This document shows, piece after piece, positions 63,770 through 64,000 of a DNA stretch of 64,000 bases (position 1 is its first letter; every line of letters starts with the position of its first letter). The position numbers and the translations under genes were made by a program. Below the pieces are notes generated by a model that worked only from the letters and a program-made list of their open reading frames with translations, made no database searches and was not told the origin of the DNA. This DNA comes from Pedosphaera sp. (GTDB lineage Bacteria; Verrucomicrobiota; Verrucomicrobiia; Limisphaerales; AAA164-E04), in contig NZFL01000034.1 in assembly GCA_002690655.1 (NCBI GenBank), positions 38,708 to 102,707 on the forward strand. The letters run 5' to 3'.

Positions 63770-64000
63770 TCAACATTGAAAGGTTCCTGACCCCCTGAGG
63801 GAAACGAGGTATCGAGACCTAGTCCGTTTTTTTCTGTCAATAGGGATTTTTAAGTGTGCCCTCACCAGTGGATCATTGGCCAGCTTGCTGCGGTGGTATT
63901 GACGGATCCGTTGTCGAAAAGATTCGATGACTCCACTGTTCGAAGCCAAATAATAGTCATCCAGCCGAATGACAATGGAAGAAAGAACACCGTCAAGTAA
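63770..64000 (-). CDS. 3' end of an unidentified CDS entering from beyond the window
   Basis: The reverse frame is open for 76 codons from the window edge to TGA (63772-63770): LLDGVLSSIVIRLDDYYLASNSGVIESFRQRIRQYHRSKLANDPLVRAHLKIPIDRKKRTRSRYLVSLRGSGTFQC*. No family was recognised, and it could be non-coding. Confidence 0.3.
   Translation of the reverse strand, partial: LLDGVLSSIVIRLDDYYLASNSGVIESFRQRIRQYHRSKLANDPLVRAHLKIPIDRKKRTRSRYLVSLRGSGTFQC

Noticed and set aside
1-64000. A search by eye for CRISPR arrays, IS elements/transposases, integrases, rRNA and tRNA genes.
   Set aside because: No regularly spaced direct repeats, terminal inverted repeats with a transposase ORF, integrase motifs or cloverleaf-compatible sequences were found. 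The similarity among the prepilin-like N-termini and among the DUF1501/DUF1553 genes is paralogy, not mobile repeats.

Overview
The window is a chromosomal segment from a PVC-superphylum bacterium, most likely Verrucomicrobiota. This placement is an inference from gene content: many prepilin-like '[17 protein letters not shown]' proteins, DUF1549/DUF1553 + DUF1501 pairs, a DUF1552 + DUF1592 pair, sulfatase, BNR-sialidase-like and SASA-esterase genes.

Layout:
- 1-8.3 kb: housekeeping block with infB (partial), nusA, a yqjD/E/K-like operon, a PrsW-like protease, prs, ctc/rplY, pth, rpsF, ssb and rplI.
- 8.4-32 kb: mixed envelope, glycan and maintenance genes. These include an FAD oxidoreductase, a prenyltransferase-repeat protein, an MsbA-like ABC exporter, a TlpA-like redoxin, an O-antigen-ligase-like protein, holB, a sulfatase + MFS pair, mutL, rnr and a BNR sialidase-like protein. 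Two decayed gene remnants also lie here.
- 32-51.5 kb: dense island of PVC-specific periplasmic proteins of unknown function. It holds three DUF1549/DUF1553 + DUF1501 pairs, a DUF1552 + DUF1592-family pair, and a 1100-aa beta-propeller/CxxCH protein.
- 51.6-56.8 kb: a prepilin-like gene, a GH63-like glycosidase and a SASA-type esterase.
- 56.9-61.9 kb: the most interesting locus, a tightly coupled four-gene cassette. It encodes a WXG100(EsxA)-like 90-aa protein, two further small helical proteins, and a 1310-aa membrane-anchored protein with three FtsK/SpoIIIE-like folds (EssC/EccC-like). This is a minimal type VII secretion-like module in what should be a diderm organism, with no other known T7SS membrane components nearby.

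No rRNA, tRNA, CRISPR array or transposase could be supported. All homology statements are motif-level recognition by eye, not database searches.
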